DNA of 58,232 nt, filler included, from Sphacelaria rigidula (GCA_964200075.2; 9 parts of 9 records of this genome joined end to end with filler, not necessarily neighbours in it); one strand, 5' to 3'. Positions 21,537 through 35,298 are shown, counted from the first letter of the whole stretch. The notes: generated by a model not told the origin, from the sequence alone. Numbers and translations are program-made.

Positions 21537-24500
21537 TGCGTTGAGGAATCTTGAAAATCCCAGAATGCCATGCACCTTGACACAGTCCCACTGACAGCAT
21601 TCTGTACATCTTCCGAGCTCTACCAATCGCTCCATATGCCACAAGGCGCCGCCACTGCACTAGGTTGTTTTTTTCCAACGTTTGATCCAACGTGTCACTG
21701 AGAACTTTGTCCTGCCGTCGACGCCAATGTGATCAGGTTGTGATGCGGGAAACTCAACGTACACGGAGAGTCGAGCCTGACAGTTCCCGTGAGGTACAGC
21801 CGTGTCCGAAATAGCTCGCACCTCAATAGTCTCACGTAGTTGCACGCAGTGAGCTACATCCACTTGATATTGAAGGCTCTTGTTCACTCGTATTCGTGAT
21901 CGCTCTGTTCAAAGCTCTCTCACGTTGCTCACCGACTATAGCAATGATAATCAGTGAGCTACACCTAGGGAGTATAACGGGACAACAGCTAGAAACGTTG
22001 CCTATTCGCTTTCGTCGAACACATATCTGACCTAGTCAAGCTTGATCAGACCAGCAACCATAAAATCAAGGATTTGATCATCGACGCCTCCTGGCCTCAT
22101 GACACTAGCCCACCCAGACGAACCTCCATTACAGTTGCGATGAGAAATCTTGAAAATCCCAGAATGCCATGCACCTTGACACAGTCCCACCGACAGCATT
22201 CTGTACATCTTCCGAGCTCTACGAATCGCTCCATATGCCACAAGGCGCCGCCACTGCACTAGGTTGTTTCTTTACAACGTTTGATCCAACGTGTCACTGC
22301 GAACTCTGTCCTGCCGTCGACGCCAATGTGATCAGGTTGTGATGCGCGCATCTCAACGTGCACGGAGAGTCAAGTCTGACAGTCCCCGTGAGGTACAGCC
22401 GTGTCCGAAATAGCTCGCACCTCAATAGTCGCACGTAGTTTCGCGCAGTGAGCTACATCCACTTGATATTGAAGACTCTTGTTCACTCGTATTCGTGATC
22501 GCTCTGTTCAAAGCTCTCTCACGTTGCTCACCGACTGTAGCAATGATAAGCAGTGAGCTTCACTTAGCGAGTATAACGAGACATCAGCTAGAAACGTTGC
22601 CTATTTTTTTTCGTCGAACATATATCTGACCTAGTCAAGCTTGATCAGACCAGCAACCATAAAATCAAGGATTCGATCATCAACGCCTCCTAGCCTCATG
22701 ACACTAGCCCACCCAGACGAACCTCCATTACAGTTGCGATGAGAAATCTTGATGATCCCAGAATTCTCGTCGGCGTTCTGGCCCTCGATCGCGTAGGTAC
22801 TTGTTCGGCGCATTGTATCGCCTCTGTGAGCCTACAGCGCCGACCGAAACCGCTATTCCTACAAAATTTCCGGGGAGGGGGGGTAATATCACGCAAAACA
22901 GCGGTTTCGGTCAGCGTTGTGAGCTCACAGAGTCGGTAAAATGCGCTGGAGAAGTACACAAGGCGCCGCCACTGCACTAGGTTGCTTCTTTCCAACGTTT
23001 GATCCAACGTGTCACTGAGAACCTTGTCCTGCCGTCGACGCCAATGTGATCAGGTTGTGATGCGCGCATCTCAACGTGCACGGACGGTCAAGTCTGACAG
23101 TCCCCGTGAGGTACAGCCGTGTTCGAAATAGCTCGCACCTCAATTGTCGCACGTAGTTTCGCGCAGTGAGCTACATCCACTTGATATTAAAGACTCTTGT
23201 TCACTCGTATTCGTGATTGCTCTGTTCAAAGCTCTCTCACGTTGCTCACCGACTACAGCAATGATCCTAACAGACAGTTCTATCAAACGAGGTTCATCAA
23301 TGAAATGGGGTTCGAGCCCAAGACAGTACTTTCTCCACACTCTCAGCGATGGTGCCCAATGACGTTCTCTTCGGCGTTCTGGCCCTCGATCGCGTAGATA
23401 CTGGTTCGGCGCATTGTATCGGCTCTGTGAGCTTACAGCGCCGACCGGAACCGCTTTTTCTACATATGTTTCGAGGAGGGGGGGTGATATCACGGAAAAC
23501 AGCGGTTTCGGTCAGCGTTGTGAGCTCACAGAGTCGGTAAAACGCGCTGGAGAAGTATCTACGCGATCGGGGGGCAAGAGGCCGATGAGAAAGTCATCGC
23601 GCATCATCGCTGGAAGTGTGCAGAAAGTACCGTCTTGGGCTTGAACCTCATTTCATTGATAAACCTCAATCGATAGAAGTGTCTGTGACCTAGCGAGTAT
23701 GACGGGACAACAGCTAGAGACGTTGCCTATTCGCTTTCGTCGAACACATATCTGACCTAGTCAAACTTGATCAGACCAGCAACCATAAAATCAAGGATTT
23801 GATCATCGACGTCTCCTGGCCTCATGACACTAGCCCACCCAGACGAACCTCCATTACAGTTGCGATGATAAATCTTGATGATCCCAGAATGCCATGCACC
23901 TTGACACAGTCCCACTGACAGCATTCTGTACATCTTCCGAGCTCTACCAATCGCTCCATATGCCACAAGGCGCCGCCACTGCACTGGGTTGCTTTTCTCC
24001 AACGTTTGATCCAACGTGTCACTGCGAACCTTGTCCTGCCGTCGACGCCAATGTGATCAGGTTGTGATGCGTGCAACTCGACGTGCACGGAGAGTCGACC
24101 CTGACAGTCCCCGTGAGGTACAGCCTTGTCCGAAATAGCTCGCACCTCAATAGTCGCACGTAGTTGCACGCGGTGAGCTGCATCCACCTGATATTAAAGA
24201 CTCTTGTTCACTCGTATTCGTGATCGCTCTGTTCAAAGCTCTCTCACGTTGCTCACCGACTATAGCAATGATCCTAACAGACAGTTCTATCAAACGAGGT
24301 TCATCAATGAAATGGGGTTCGAGCCCAAGACAGTACTTCCTCCACACTTTCAGTGATGGTGCCCAATGACGCTCTCGTCGGCGTCCTGGCCCTCGATCGC
24401 GTAGATACTGGTTCGGCGCATTGTATCGACTCTGTGAGCTTACAGCGCCGACCGGAACCGCTATTCCTACACAATGTACGGGGAGGAGGGTGATATCACG

Positions 24501-25365
24501 GAAAACAGCGGTTTCGGTCAGCGTTGTGAGCTCACAGAGTCGGTAAAATGCGCTGGAGAAGTATCTACGCGATCGGGGGGCAAGAGGCCGATGAGAAAGT
24601 CATCGCGCATCATCGCTGAAAGTGTGCAGAAAGTACCGTCTTGGGCTCGAACCTCATTTCATTGATAAACCTCAATCGATAGAAGTGTCTGTGACCTAGC
24701 GAGTATGACGGGACAACAGCTAGAAACGTTGCCTATTCGCTTTCGTCGAACACATATCTGACCTAGCCAAGCTTGATCAGACCAGCGACCATAAAATCAA
24801 GGATTTGATCATCGACGTCTCCTGGCCTCATGACACTAGCCCACCCAGACGAACCTCCATTACAGCTGCGATGATAAATCTTGATGATCCCAGAATGCCA
24901 TGCACCTTGACACAGTCCCATTGACAGCATTCTGTACATCTTCCGAGCTCTACCAATCGCTTCCTATGCCACAAGGCGCCGCCACTGCACTAGGTTGTTT
25001 CTTTACAACGTTTGATCCAACGTGTCACTGCGAACCTTGTCCTGCCGTCGACGCCAATGTGATCAGGTTGTGATGCGTGCAACTCGACGTGCACGGACGG
25101 TCAAGTCTGACAGTCCCCGTGAGGTACAGCCGTGTTCGAAATAGCTCGCACCTCAATAGTCGCACGTAGTTTCGCGCTGTGAGCTACATCCACTTGATAT
25201 TGAAGACTCTTGTCCACTCGTATTCGTGATCGCTCTGTTCAAAGCTCTCTCACGTTGCTCACCGACTATAGAAATGATCCTAACAGGCAGTTCTATCAAA
25301 CGAGGTTCATCAATGAAATGGGGTTCGAGCCCAAGACAGTACTTTCTCCACACTCTCAGCGATGG
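21537..25365. repeat. Tandem satellite array with a 599-bp base unit; later units enlarged to about 1.0-1.1 kb by a palindromic MITE
   Basis: AATCTTGA landmark at 21547, 22146, 22745, 23871 and 24877 (periods 599, 599, 1126, 1006). Confidence 0.92.
23270..23686. mobile_element. ~417-bp palindromic MITE inside a satellite unit (also 24277-24692; partial at 22764-22957, 25283-25365, 51649-51751)
   Basis: ACAGACAGTTCTATC..GAGGTTCATCAATGAAATG / CATTTCATTGATAAACCTC..GATAGAAGTGTCTGT. The arms pair over most of the length. Confidence 0.85.
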
Positions 25366-25690
25366 TTACTCGATATTCGAGTCCAGTATTTGAGGTTGTA
25401 TTGGTCTACTCAAAATTTGAGTAGTGTATTTAAGGCCATATTCACCCTACTCAAAATCTGGGGAGAGTTTTTGAGGCCGTACTCGACTTGCTCAAAAGTC
25501 GCATAGAGTATTGAGGTCATATACCCAAGTGATAGTATATACTCAAGTACTACTGAGAGTGCCTACTCAATATTTGAGTAGAGTATTGGAGGTCGTAATC
25601 GATCTACTCAAATTTTGAGGACAGTATTCTAGACCGTACTTAACATACTCAAAAATTGAGTAGAGTATCCGAGGCTGTACTCGACCTGCC
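25366..25690. repeat. Degenerate ~40-bp minisatellite with palindromic core CTACTCAAAATTTGAGTAG
   Basis: About eight diverged units of CTACTCAAAATTTGAGTAGAGTATTGAGGCCGTACTCGA. Confidence 0.7.
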
Positions 25691-25789
25691 CTCGTAATTG
25701 TTGCGATGATTGGGCCGCTTCTTACATCAAACAAACGTAAAAATATGGATAGTTAAAGAGTTCCGGAACATCGTTTTATCGTGTTTTTC

Positions 25790-25827
25790 GAGTCATCCTA
25801 CGATAGGGGGGGGGTATTTGGTTGCAC
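25790..25827. mobile_element. Terminus of a GAG-TIR DNA transposon at contig end
   Basis: Identical to 6317-6355. Confidence 0.7.
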
Positions 25828-26320
25828 NNNNNNNNNNNNNNNNNNNNNNNNNNNNNNNNNNNNNNNNNNNNTTAATTAATTAANNNNNNNNNNNNNNNNN
25901 NNNNNNNNNNNNNNNNNNNNNNNNNNNGAGACCCAAAGAACCCGCCGGAAAACTCGGGAAAGGTATACTGAGTGCAAGTCACATCATATACCAAGCTCGG
26001 ACCGCCCTGCATTTGGAAACCTGCGAAGGCTTATCTGGGCCAGGGATAGGGTCCCCACACGATCTTTACAGTGGCATCATATTCGCCAACAACCCCAGCA
26101 CCGGTCGTTCGGGTCCGGTCGATAAATTTCGCCTCGCCGTGATTGGGCAGGTCGCTCGAAGACTTGTTAATTATTATTTCACTACCACAGGGTCAACCCT
26201 GTGTTTGTGGGGGTCGGTCCCAAAAGGGTTAAGCAGGATCAATTTTGCATCATAAACGGGCCGGGGGAGGCTGCACCACCACGTCACCACTGCCGAGGAA
26301 GCACGAATGGATACCTTTAC

Positions 26321-26389
26321 CCTGAAGGCGGAGAGATCTTCCTCTTCGTCCTCTTCGTCTTCTTCGTCCGCGCCTTCTTCGTCATCATC
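26321..26389 (-). CDS. RFC1: Replication factor C subunit 1, acidic C-terminal exon
   Basis: Polypyrimidine tract then tgcag|, DDDEEGADEEDEEDEEEDLSAFR, |gtaaag. Phase 0, compatible with the upstream exon. An alternative donor lies 6 nt further (exon end 26315). Confidence 0.7.
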
Positions 26390-26942
26390 CTGCACAAAAA
26401 AAGAAGGGGGGGGGGGGAGGGGGGGAAGGAAAGAAAATAACAAGACGTGAGTAAAAAAGGAATGGTTTTATTCAACAGTGCGGTACGTACGTGGACGCAC
26501 CCACGTACGCACGCACGCACCAAAATAACGAGCACAACATACACAAGACACTTCCCCTTCTTTTTATTAACTTCCTGGGCCATGCTTTCATTTCAACCGC
26601 TTGCCTCTCTCAGGACAAGCCAATGTAGTCTCGAAAGGATCGATCCCCGTAGTCTCCCCCCGGTCCGGTCCGGTACCGAGCTTACAGTCCGGTTTCGGGG
26701 ATTCGATAAGGACACGGCCGCAACCGCGTCGACGCTCTCATCAATTGTACTCTTCACACTTGCACGGCACATCCTCCCACGCTTTCCGACGACGAAAACC
26801 ACATTCTGGCCAATAAGATACCGCGGGGCTGTCGGGATTTCAACCCTACACCTTCCGCCGTAACGACCCGTTGGTGCTCATCACTCAGACAGAGACCACC
26901 ATCGGGGCGTATATAATTCAGCGACATACATGTCTATCATGA

Positions 26943-26998
26943 GACCACGGCTGGATCCCTGGGGGGTCAGTTAAAGTGCGACAATCAATCAAATCAAA
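26943..26998 (+). mobile_element. Non-LTR retroelement 3' end: stem-loop plus (ATCA)n tail, in an RFC1 intron
   Basis: GACCACGGCTGGATCCCTGGGGGGTCAGTTAAAGTGCGACAATCAATCAA. Related minus-strand copy at 37243-37312. Confidence 0.6.
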
Positions 26999-27684
26999 AC
27001 ATGACATGAGTGTCGATTTGCCGTACGACAACGCTTTACACCCGGCAAATACACACACAAACGTTTTTATCGTTGCACAATACACCAATTTAGTCACCCC
27101 TGCCGCCCTCGCCCCCCTCCCCCGCGACGTCAATGGTCTCATGACTATGGTATGCAGGATCATGAGTAGACCTTCCCCCCCCTCCCCTTGACGCGTACCA
27201 CGTAGTATTTAAATGGCGAGACACCCATGACGTAGTGTGTTACCCATGGCTGTCTCTCGAAGTGGCCATACCAGCAAATGAATCAACTCATTCGAGGCTG
27301 TCATCCAAATGCAAGATAATCAGTACGCTTCGGGCCAAACAATCTTAACAGGATGCAGCTCACCCTTCATGCGACTCGCCGGACACACCACGGCGCTTCA
27401 CGCCCAGTGACTGACTGCGAACCCGGTGTGCTCTGTCCCGGCTTCGTAGGGATGCGAGGTCAAATGGTCTCATGACAACGGCATGCAATACAATGAGTAC
27501 ACCCCCCCCCCTTGACGCCCGTCGCATGACATACGCGTACGCATACCCGCAGATACACCATGTGCACAAAGCAGGCCATCCCATTCCCCTTCTCGACAAC
27601 AACCCACTACGCCCAACAACAATGGATCATGACTACCATGCTGCGCGAAGGCATGCTTCTACACACACACACACATATGCGCAC

Positions 27685-27894
27685 CTCGCCCTCCATAGCG
27701 AGCGACTTCGGCGGCGCCTTCGCCTTTTTCGACTTCTTGGGGGCCTGCATGGTCTCCACCAGCGCCTGGCTCTTGTGCGATATGGAGTTGTAGTGGCGCG
27801 TAACAGCCGACTTGGTCTTGCCGTCCAAACAGGCGAAAACATCTGGGGGCGGTTTCTTCGCTCCGACCGTGCTCAGCTGGAACTCCGGCATGAT
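27685..27894 (-). CDS. RFC1: Replication factor C subunit 1, exon covering the end of the RFC1 C-terminal domain
   Basis: cag|IMPEFQL..DVFACLDGKTKSAVTRHYNSISHKSQAL..KKSKKAK..EGE|gtgcgc, 210 nt. Resembles the RFC1 motif K.KSAFTR.YN..SH followed by basic and acidic tails. Confidence 0.8.
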
Positions 27895-28039
27895 CTGTGT
27901 ATGCACACATCATAGTTTTTATTAGCTCATGGTCTTTTTTTATTGTTCTATGGAAAATGCTTTTTAGTGTATGTTGTCTTTCAAGTTTCTTTTTTGGTTG
28001 TATTGGAGGTTTAGGTGAAATTAATTTAAAATAATTTTT

Positions 28040-29032
28040 GCTTTTAGTAGTATTGGTCATGCTTCACGGGAAAAAATGGTCTTGGAAAATGGGATGTCAT
28101 TCGTAGTCTTTCGAGAGGTTGGGGCTTCACGGGAAAAGAATGGTCTTAACCATACTAAAACCCCCTAAATGAGTGAAAGAAAAATAACCTGATCCACTTT
28201 TGATCATTATGCCCCAGCCAGATCCCACACAAAATTTCAATATATCAGTAGCACCTAACCTGGGCCAGTGAGCGACCTGAAAAAACTGTTCCGAATTCCT
28301 TCCTTCCCGTTTTCCATGGCCCATTCGCGAGTTTACATTTAGAGTTAAACTACAGATTTTCACATGACAAATAAGGCATGATAGAAAAACATATTCGTCA
28401 ACCCAAACATTTCTCTCTTCCTCATGAGGTATGGCCGTTTCTTGTACCTGTACGTTGTATCAAGTCCCAAAAGAGAGCTAAGCGGAGTTTTACACCTTGG
28501 AATGACTTGCCTTCCTCGTTGAGTGGGGTGTCTCCAGAACATCTTTGCATCCTCCGGTGGCCGCAGTTTTTATTTCGGCCAAACAAGCATTTTTGTCCAA
28601 GAACAGTCAAGAATGGTCAATTCTACCAAAAAAAACGTTTCTCGGCACTTGACCGTCGCTGGACCAAAATGCTTGTTTGGACAAAATAAAAACTGCTGTG
28701 ACCGGGGAATGCGCACATTTTTGTGGGGCCGACTTGAGTAGTAGAGCGAGTCAAATTCCGCCTGACTCTTTTTTGTGGCGTAAAACGACGTGAAAGCTTC
28801 AATAAGGCACTTTTCCTGGGGAGTTTTGTCTCGTAAAGGGAATGGCCTAGAGGCAGTCATCAGTAATCAGGTCTCTTCAATCATGAACTAAACAATATAC
28901 TTGGGGTTCACGCATACGTTATTTTCATGATGCCTTTTTTATCGACCATACCAAGTTATAGGGTCCAGCTCCGATATTGAGTTGCTAATGCGCCTGTGAA
29001 CTACCAATCCGCCTCCAGGCTGGCCCAGCTTG
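28040..29032. mobile_element. Family B mariner-like non-autonomous element (right part), interrupted by a nested MITE
   Basis: Ends AGGCTGGCCCAGCTTG|TA. Homologous to 13180-13684. Confidence 0.65.
28433..28847. mobile_element. Tourist/Harbinger-like MITE nested in family B element
   Basis: GGCCGTTTC..GGAATGGCC termini, 3-bp flanks TAT/TAG, internal palindrome at about 28552-28707. Confidence 0.5.
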
Positions 29033-29062
29033 TATTTCTGAAGCCCCTGTAATTCTACAAAT

Positions 29063-29505
29063 AACACGGGATCTTACACGTTGGGGAGGGATCTTTTATT
29101 GGGGATGAGAAACCCGGAAAACTAAAATCTTCGAATCCACACCAAATCTTCGAAATATGGTTCCATTTGTTCACCTACTTATAGCTATTGAAAACTGCTA
29201 CACGCCATAGAAATTTGGAGTTCGATCACCGAACCGTTGGAGTCCTAGGTGAAAAACCAAGTTTGGGGAGTTTGGGGTGTCCGAACGGACGCCATAATGG
29301 TTCCGTAATTTAGTGTCACCTAGGACCCCAACATTTCGGTGATCGAACTCCAAATTTCTATGGCGTGTAGCAGTTGTCAATAGCTATCAGTAGGTGAACA
29401 AATGGAACCATACTTCGAAGATTTGGTGTGGATATGAAGATTTTATTTCTCCGGGTTTCTCATACCCAATAAAAGATCCCTCCCCAATGTGTAAGATCTC
29501 GTGAT
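29063..29505. mobile_element. Palindromic MITE family A, 4-bp TSD AAAT
   Basis: AACACGGGATCTTAC..GTAAGATCTCGTGAT with ~190-bp arms. AAAT on both sides. Confidence 0.9.
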
Positions 29506-29910
29506 AAATGTATACCCAAATCAGGAGCTCTGTAGAACCCTTTGTCCACAACCCCTTGCTCGTGACGTTTGGCCAGGTTAGTCATGCTGAAGCAGTTAAG
29601 TGTAGCAAAATGCGATGGGGGCAAATCTATACGATCGTTTAGGGCATCTCGCGCCCAAATGGTCGAAGGCGGCAGAGGTGTGCATCGATTGTCTACCTGT
29701 TGCGAGAATCGTATTTGCGATGAGAGCAATGCACAATTTCCCACTAAACTTGCCACGAGTCGATTAAACACGAACGACTTGGTATCAGTAAAACAACTTT
29801 GTGTGGAAAACACTCGCGGCTCCGGTTTGTACCAACCCTGCTCGAAGTATTTGAACTCTGTGGCGGCTCCATGAAGCTCCCATGTCTACTTGCTGGAGAG
29901 TTGCCTTGAA

Positions 29911-30347
29911 AACACGGGATTTTACAAACTGGGGATGGATCTTTTACTGGGGATGAAAACCCGAAGAATTAAAATATTCGTATCCACACCAAATCTTCGA
30001 AGTATGCCTCCACTTCTTCACTTTCTTGCAGATATTGGCAACTACTATACGCCATACGAATTTGGATTTCGAAAACCAAATGTCGGGGTCCAAAATGAAA
30101 TATCAATTTTGGCGTCCGAACGGACACCAAAAATTCCCCATAACTGGTTCTTCACCTAGGACCCCGACACTTCGGTCATCGAAATCCAAATTTGTGTGGC
30201 GTGTAGTAGTTGTCAATAGCCACTAGCAAGTAAAGAAGTGGCAGCATACTTTGAAGATTTGGTGCGGTTAACGGTTACGGAGATTCCAAATCTCCGGGTT
30301 CTCATCCCCAATAAAAGATCCATCCCCAGTTTGTAAACTCCCATGTT
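29911..30347. mobile_element. Palindromic MITE family A (diverged)
   Basis: AACACGGGATTTTACAAACTGGGGATGGATC..GATCCATCCCCAGTTTGTAAACTCCCATGTT. Confidence 0.88.
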
Positions 30348-30668
30348 CTGAGCTGTCCTCTTTCCGCACTTACGTTACAGTTTGGAACTCACCTCTAGTG
30401 TGGATGATCCTCAAATTCCCGACACCCATAACCTTAAGATTCCCACAGGTGAGAGGCGTACGGGCGCGCACGGATCTCTGACATCCTCAACCGTAAATAA
30501 GCTGCGCGAAATCGTCCAACGTGATGCACATACATGCGTCATGCTACAACGCTATACATGGCCATCTCATGTTAATTTGCCAAGCAGTTCGAAGCCTCGT
30601 GCTACCTGCTGGGAATGTACCTTTCAGCTGCACACTCCGGCCGCTAGGTACAAGTATCGGATCCTTTG

Positions 30669-31882
30669 AAAGCTGGGCCAGCCTACAGACAAATTGGAGC
30701 TCTCAAAGCAATATCTCGTCGACACAGACGAGTTGGGCCGTGATCCGCATAATATATTCATCGTCTACTCAAGGGGAAGGTGCCCATCTGCTCAAACATC
30801 TCGATCAATATTTCCTCGTTGTTTAAACTCAGTGTCTAGTGATTCTCTCACCGCATGGAGATCGCGTCTATACTACAAGCTATATGAAACCCCGAACAGT
30901 ACATAGAGCAGATGACAACGATTTTTGGTGTGGACATTTCCTGGGAGACGGGGAGGCGACAGTTACCTGTGGGGAAAACTATAGCCACCCTCACCTTCAC
31001 CTGATCGGTTATCCATCTCGAAATATGGCGCACACAAGTTTCGATACTTAAAATCTATATAGTACGAGCGGAGGCACTAGAAGAACTACATCGGGATATC
31101 GCGTCTCAGTTCTTTAGAGTTGTGCTTCGAAACTTTGAGACTTCGTACGGAGAACTGCCAGTGCATGACACACCCCATCCCCCAGATTTTCCACTTTCCT
31201 CCCGTATTTTTAGGGAAGGTTTTAGGAGAGACGGACATTGCGCTTGGGCCCTGTCTCAATTTTCAAGCTTAATTTTGAGACTTGTGGTTTGGAACTCAGC
31301 ATAGAGAACCATAGGGGTATGCTGGAGAAAACATTGACCCTAACTTTTTTTCTGGGGAGGGCAGGGAAAACGTCTGGCGTTCTCGTACGAAAATGGTGGC
31401 CACCATACTGAAACGCCCTCAATCGGTGAAACAAACAAATAAACACCAACCTGACCCCCTTTTTGTGATTATTTGTGCCCTAGCGAGGTCCCACACTGAA
31501 TTTCAATACACGAAGACCGAACGCGGGCCAATAAGTAGCCTGCAAAATACTGTTTTGATTTTTACCGACCCGGTTACTAGATGGCCCATTTGCAATTTCA
31601 TACCTGGAGTTGGACCCTGAACTTCGGTGTTGACAATCAATAGGGCATGACAAATAACGATTAGTCATTGACCCACATAGTCTTATTTTCATGAGTCAAA
31701 CGCAATAATCAGTGTTGAGGTGTCAGTAAAATGACGTTGAATAAGAGAAAAACTGGTCCTTGGGGTATTTTTTTCATCATGCCTTACTGATTATTCATAC
31801 CGAATGTTAGGGCCCAACTCCAAGTATTAACTCGCGAATGGACGTGCAAACTTCAAATCCGCTTCTAGGCTGGCCCACCTCG
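30669..31882. mobile_element. Full-length ~1.2-kb family B non-autonomous Tc1/mariner-like element
   Basis: TIRs AGCTGGGCCAGCCTA / TAGGCTGGCCCACCTCG|TA. Other copies start TA|CGAGCTGGGCCAGCC. Confidence 0.75.
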
Positions 31883-34800
31883 TATATCGAGAGGGAAACA
31901 ACGGTGATATAAGCAGCGCATTGACTGTTCTTCTCTTTATCCCACTCTCGACCTATCCCGTTTCTCCCGACAAGTTCGTAGTCTCGAGGGATTGATCCAT
32001 CTTTCCCATGGTGCATGCCCAACATCTTGGTACCGCCGATGAGATCAGCACTTCCGCACCTTGTCAACTGCCGTCAAATGTTCTCGAATACTCATACCCT
32101 CACGTTTTTCAGGACGGAATTCAGATACATGCAAGGAAACGAAACCACCAGGATTCCAAGCCGAAACATTTCGCCCTAATCGATCCTGCATGGACCAGTT
32201 GCATCACTGAAAGACGGCGGGATAGCATATGGCTACAAATGCACCTTTCTGCGCGGTGACCTGCCAAAAGCAGTGACATACAGACACATCACGCCAGTCG
32301 TCCCCTCANNNNNNNNNNNNNNNNNNNNNNNNNNNNNNNNNNNNNNNNNNNNTTAATTAATTAANNNNNNNNNNNNNNNNNNNNNNNNNNNNNNNNNNNN
32401 NNNNNNNNAAGGCAAACAACAAATGAGTCCGCCCCCCCCCCCCCCCCCCCCCCCACAAAAGTGGCTGGTTAGGGGAGGCAAAATCTACACGCAGATCGAA
32501 ATGAAAAAAAAAACGAGGACAACGAGCAGCTGGGAATTCCAACGCTTGGGTTCGTTTCTACCAATGTCACCCATGTGAGGCGCTTCATGTAGCCTGAAAC
32601 CAAACATCAGGCGACGTATGACCATTTTCTCCGTGACAGTTCAGGGCTGGTTTTCGGGGGGGTAGCGTAGAAAGTGTCCATCGTGCGTGTTCTTTGGTTT
32701 GTTACATTATTTCTTGCAAAAGTCATTACCCTCCATGTACCACTTCACTTCGCCCTGATGGTACGACCGCTGGCGGTCGGAGGGCACTTCGAGAGGTCAG
32801 CAGTAAAAACCGCACTCACATGGCCAAGAGTTCTGTTCCATTGTATGTCTGTGGCCCGCCTTGTCGCTCAACCGTTACCGCGACGCCTCCCAGCTCCCCG
32901 CTGGCCTCCGAGTGGGAGAAGGCCAGGTGTTGGGTCGATGTCCTTTGAGACCAAGCGCTGTGATCAGCAAAAAAGGCAAAAACACGGGTGGGTAGATGGG
33001 ACGACGGAGCAATAAGGTATTTGTTCCTGGGGCAGTGGCAGAGAAAAGGTATTCTTCGTTTTTCGGTCACTTGAGGATGCATGGTTCAGCAAGTTATTGT
33101 CGCGGCATTGTAAGAGACGTGGGTTTGGCCCGATTTCAGCCGCTTCTTCTGAGAAACAGCGCAGTGTTACATCCTGAGAACGGAAGGGAAGGGGCGGGAA
33201 AACTTCGAGCCAAAAATTGCGGATTATCTACTGGAGCCGTCAGTACCCTCAACTGGCATAAAACAGGCAGCTGCACTTGTTCGATTTTGGCCACGTCTGC
33301 ACCTGTCCTTGGCCGCAGGTATACCCTCTTGTGAACAAAAAGATACGTACTTGCTTACTCTACGTGCAAAGTGTACAACCTCACCGATCGCTGAACTGTA
33401 TTTCTGAAGTGGCAAAAGACGACAACCCGTACCATTTTCCAGCCAGTGATCATTTTTTTGCACCACTACTTGGATCGCGCTTGGATAAAAAGGTCTCGAC
33501 AGCACGTCGCACGGTGACGCTCGGTCCCCTTTGTATGCCGCGCTTTCGGAAAGTGTAGTATGCGAGGTGAAACTCCACTGAGGTTGTACGGAACGTCGAC
33601 CAGTGTACACCAGAACCGAGTATGCGTGTTTGATCACACCGAATACTGCGGAGATGCATGTCATGTAAGTGTTCCCGTGCCGCACAGAAACGGGCCTGCA
33701 GTACAGAGCAGTAGTCAAGACTGCCCAATAGACCCTTCTTGCTGTGCCATTGTGACCGTTGTGTTTCGAGCGCCGTGCTTCACAAATATATATTTGGAGC
33801 GCTCCATAAGGACGTCATGGTAAGATACGGATCAAGAGAACAACATCAAGAACGTTCTCGGGAACGATACGACAACTATTCAAGGGTCTGGATTGCTCCT
33901 GTGTCACACATCATACAAATCGGGGAAAAAATAACGAAATTATTCGCCGCTCTGGCTGGACGAAGGTCGGGGGGCAGTCACAATTTAGCTATGGATGGTG
34001 TCAAAGGTTGACGAACCCGCGTTGGCGCAATGTGCGCTGATTTCATTCGTACCTTTACATATGGCATACACAGAGAAAAGTAATGGGGTATGGAGGGTGA
34101 GTGATCTTTCATTCAGCCACGATGATTGAGGACAAAGCGTGCCATAGATGGCTAGAATATATTAATGATATATCCGTTGTCGCATATGACGCTTTTCATG
34201 TACATGCCAACTGTGTGATAAATTTCATCACAGCTGTAGAACTGTACTTGCATGAAACAGGCGTTAGCGTACACTACGTCGATGATAACTACTGTACTTG
34301 TGTGGGATCGAGACAAACGATGGGAAAGCTCGAGATAAGGGCTACAGATGCTTACTTTCCACGCCGGCGTGCAGATTGCGAATCTCGTTAAGCAGTCGTC
34401 CTCTACGCATCAATCGTGTCCTGGTAGTTTCGTCTTGGAGTTGGTATCTCCTCACCTGTGGTACTGCTTTAGCTGGGAGATGTTTGCTAATCATGTTCCA
34501 AACACTGGTGCTGTGTAACGCAGTAATAAAAAACAGAAGGGGAAGGTGACAACTAGCATAACCCCATCATGCTCCGCAGGTCTCTTGGCAGGCCGGTGCA
34601 AAACTTCCAGGACGTGTCGAGTGGGGGTATACCCGATATTGTTGGTATTTCGAAAAGTGGATATCCGACCTATGCCCACAGCAGCAATCAGCCCAGTGCT
34701 GATGTTCCCCTCTCTAAAAGTCCATGAAAGTCGTTGTGGCTGACTTAGGCAGGAGATGTGCAACGTTTCAAAATATCAAAGTATCGGGAAAACCCTACTC

Positions 34801-35298
34801 GGCACGCTCTTGAAAAACTTGTGAAGTGCTTTCCGCCAACATGAATGCATGAACCGCACCCACATAGCCCCTATAGCCCCTATAGTGCGTCTCGAGGTTA
34901 TTTTCTTGGCCGATGGTGCCTTGTAGGACGAATGTGTCCCACAGCGACAACTACGGGTGTGGTGTTGGAGGCGGTGGTACACTTGACTCGAACCGACTCT
35001 TCCAGCTACCGTTTCACTTCTGGAATGATTTTCCAATATCCTGAAATAAATAAATAAAATGAAACTTGAAACATCCTGAGAAAAAAAAAAGAATGGAACT
35101 TGAAACATCCTGAAGAAAGTAAAGCTTGAAAACGAATCCGCGCAGTCCCTGTACGACCTGAAATTTGTCAAACCTTCCGAAGACACAGCAGAGTGATCCT
35201 CGCAACACATCTAACCTGGGCAGATTTCTCGCGCAGACGTTTCATGCCTGAGCACGGCTCACATTTCATCAACCTACCTTGACAAAATCCCTGCAGAT

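Noticed and set aside
21660..25353. Repeated short ORFs in the satellite as a tandem gene family
   Set aside because: Stops differ among units, there is no recognisable domain, and there is no consistent splice structure.
25366..25690. CRISPR-like array of palindromic repeats
   Set aside because: The units are degenerate along their whole length with no unique spacers, there are no cas genes, and the context is eukaryotic.
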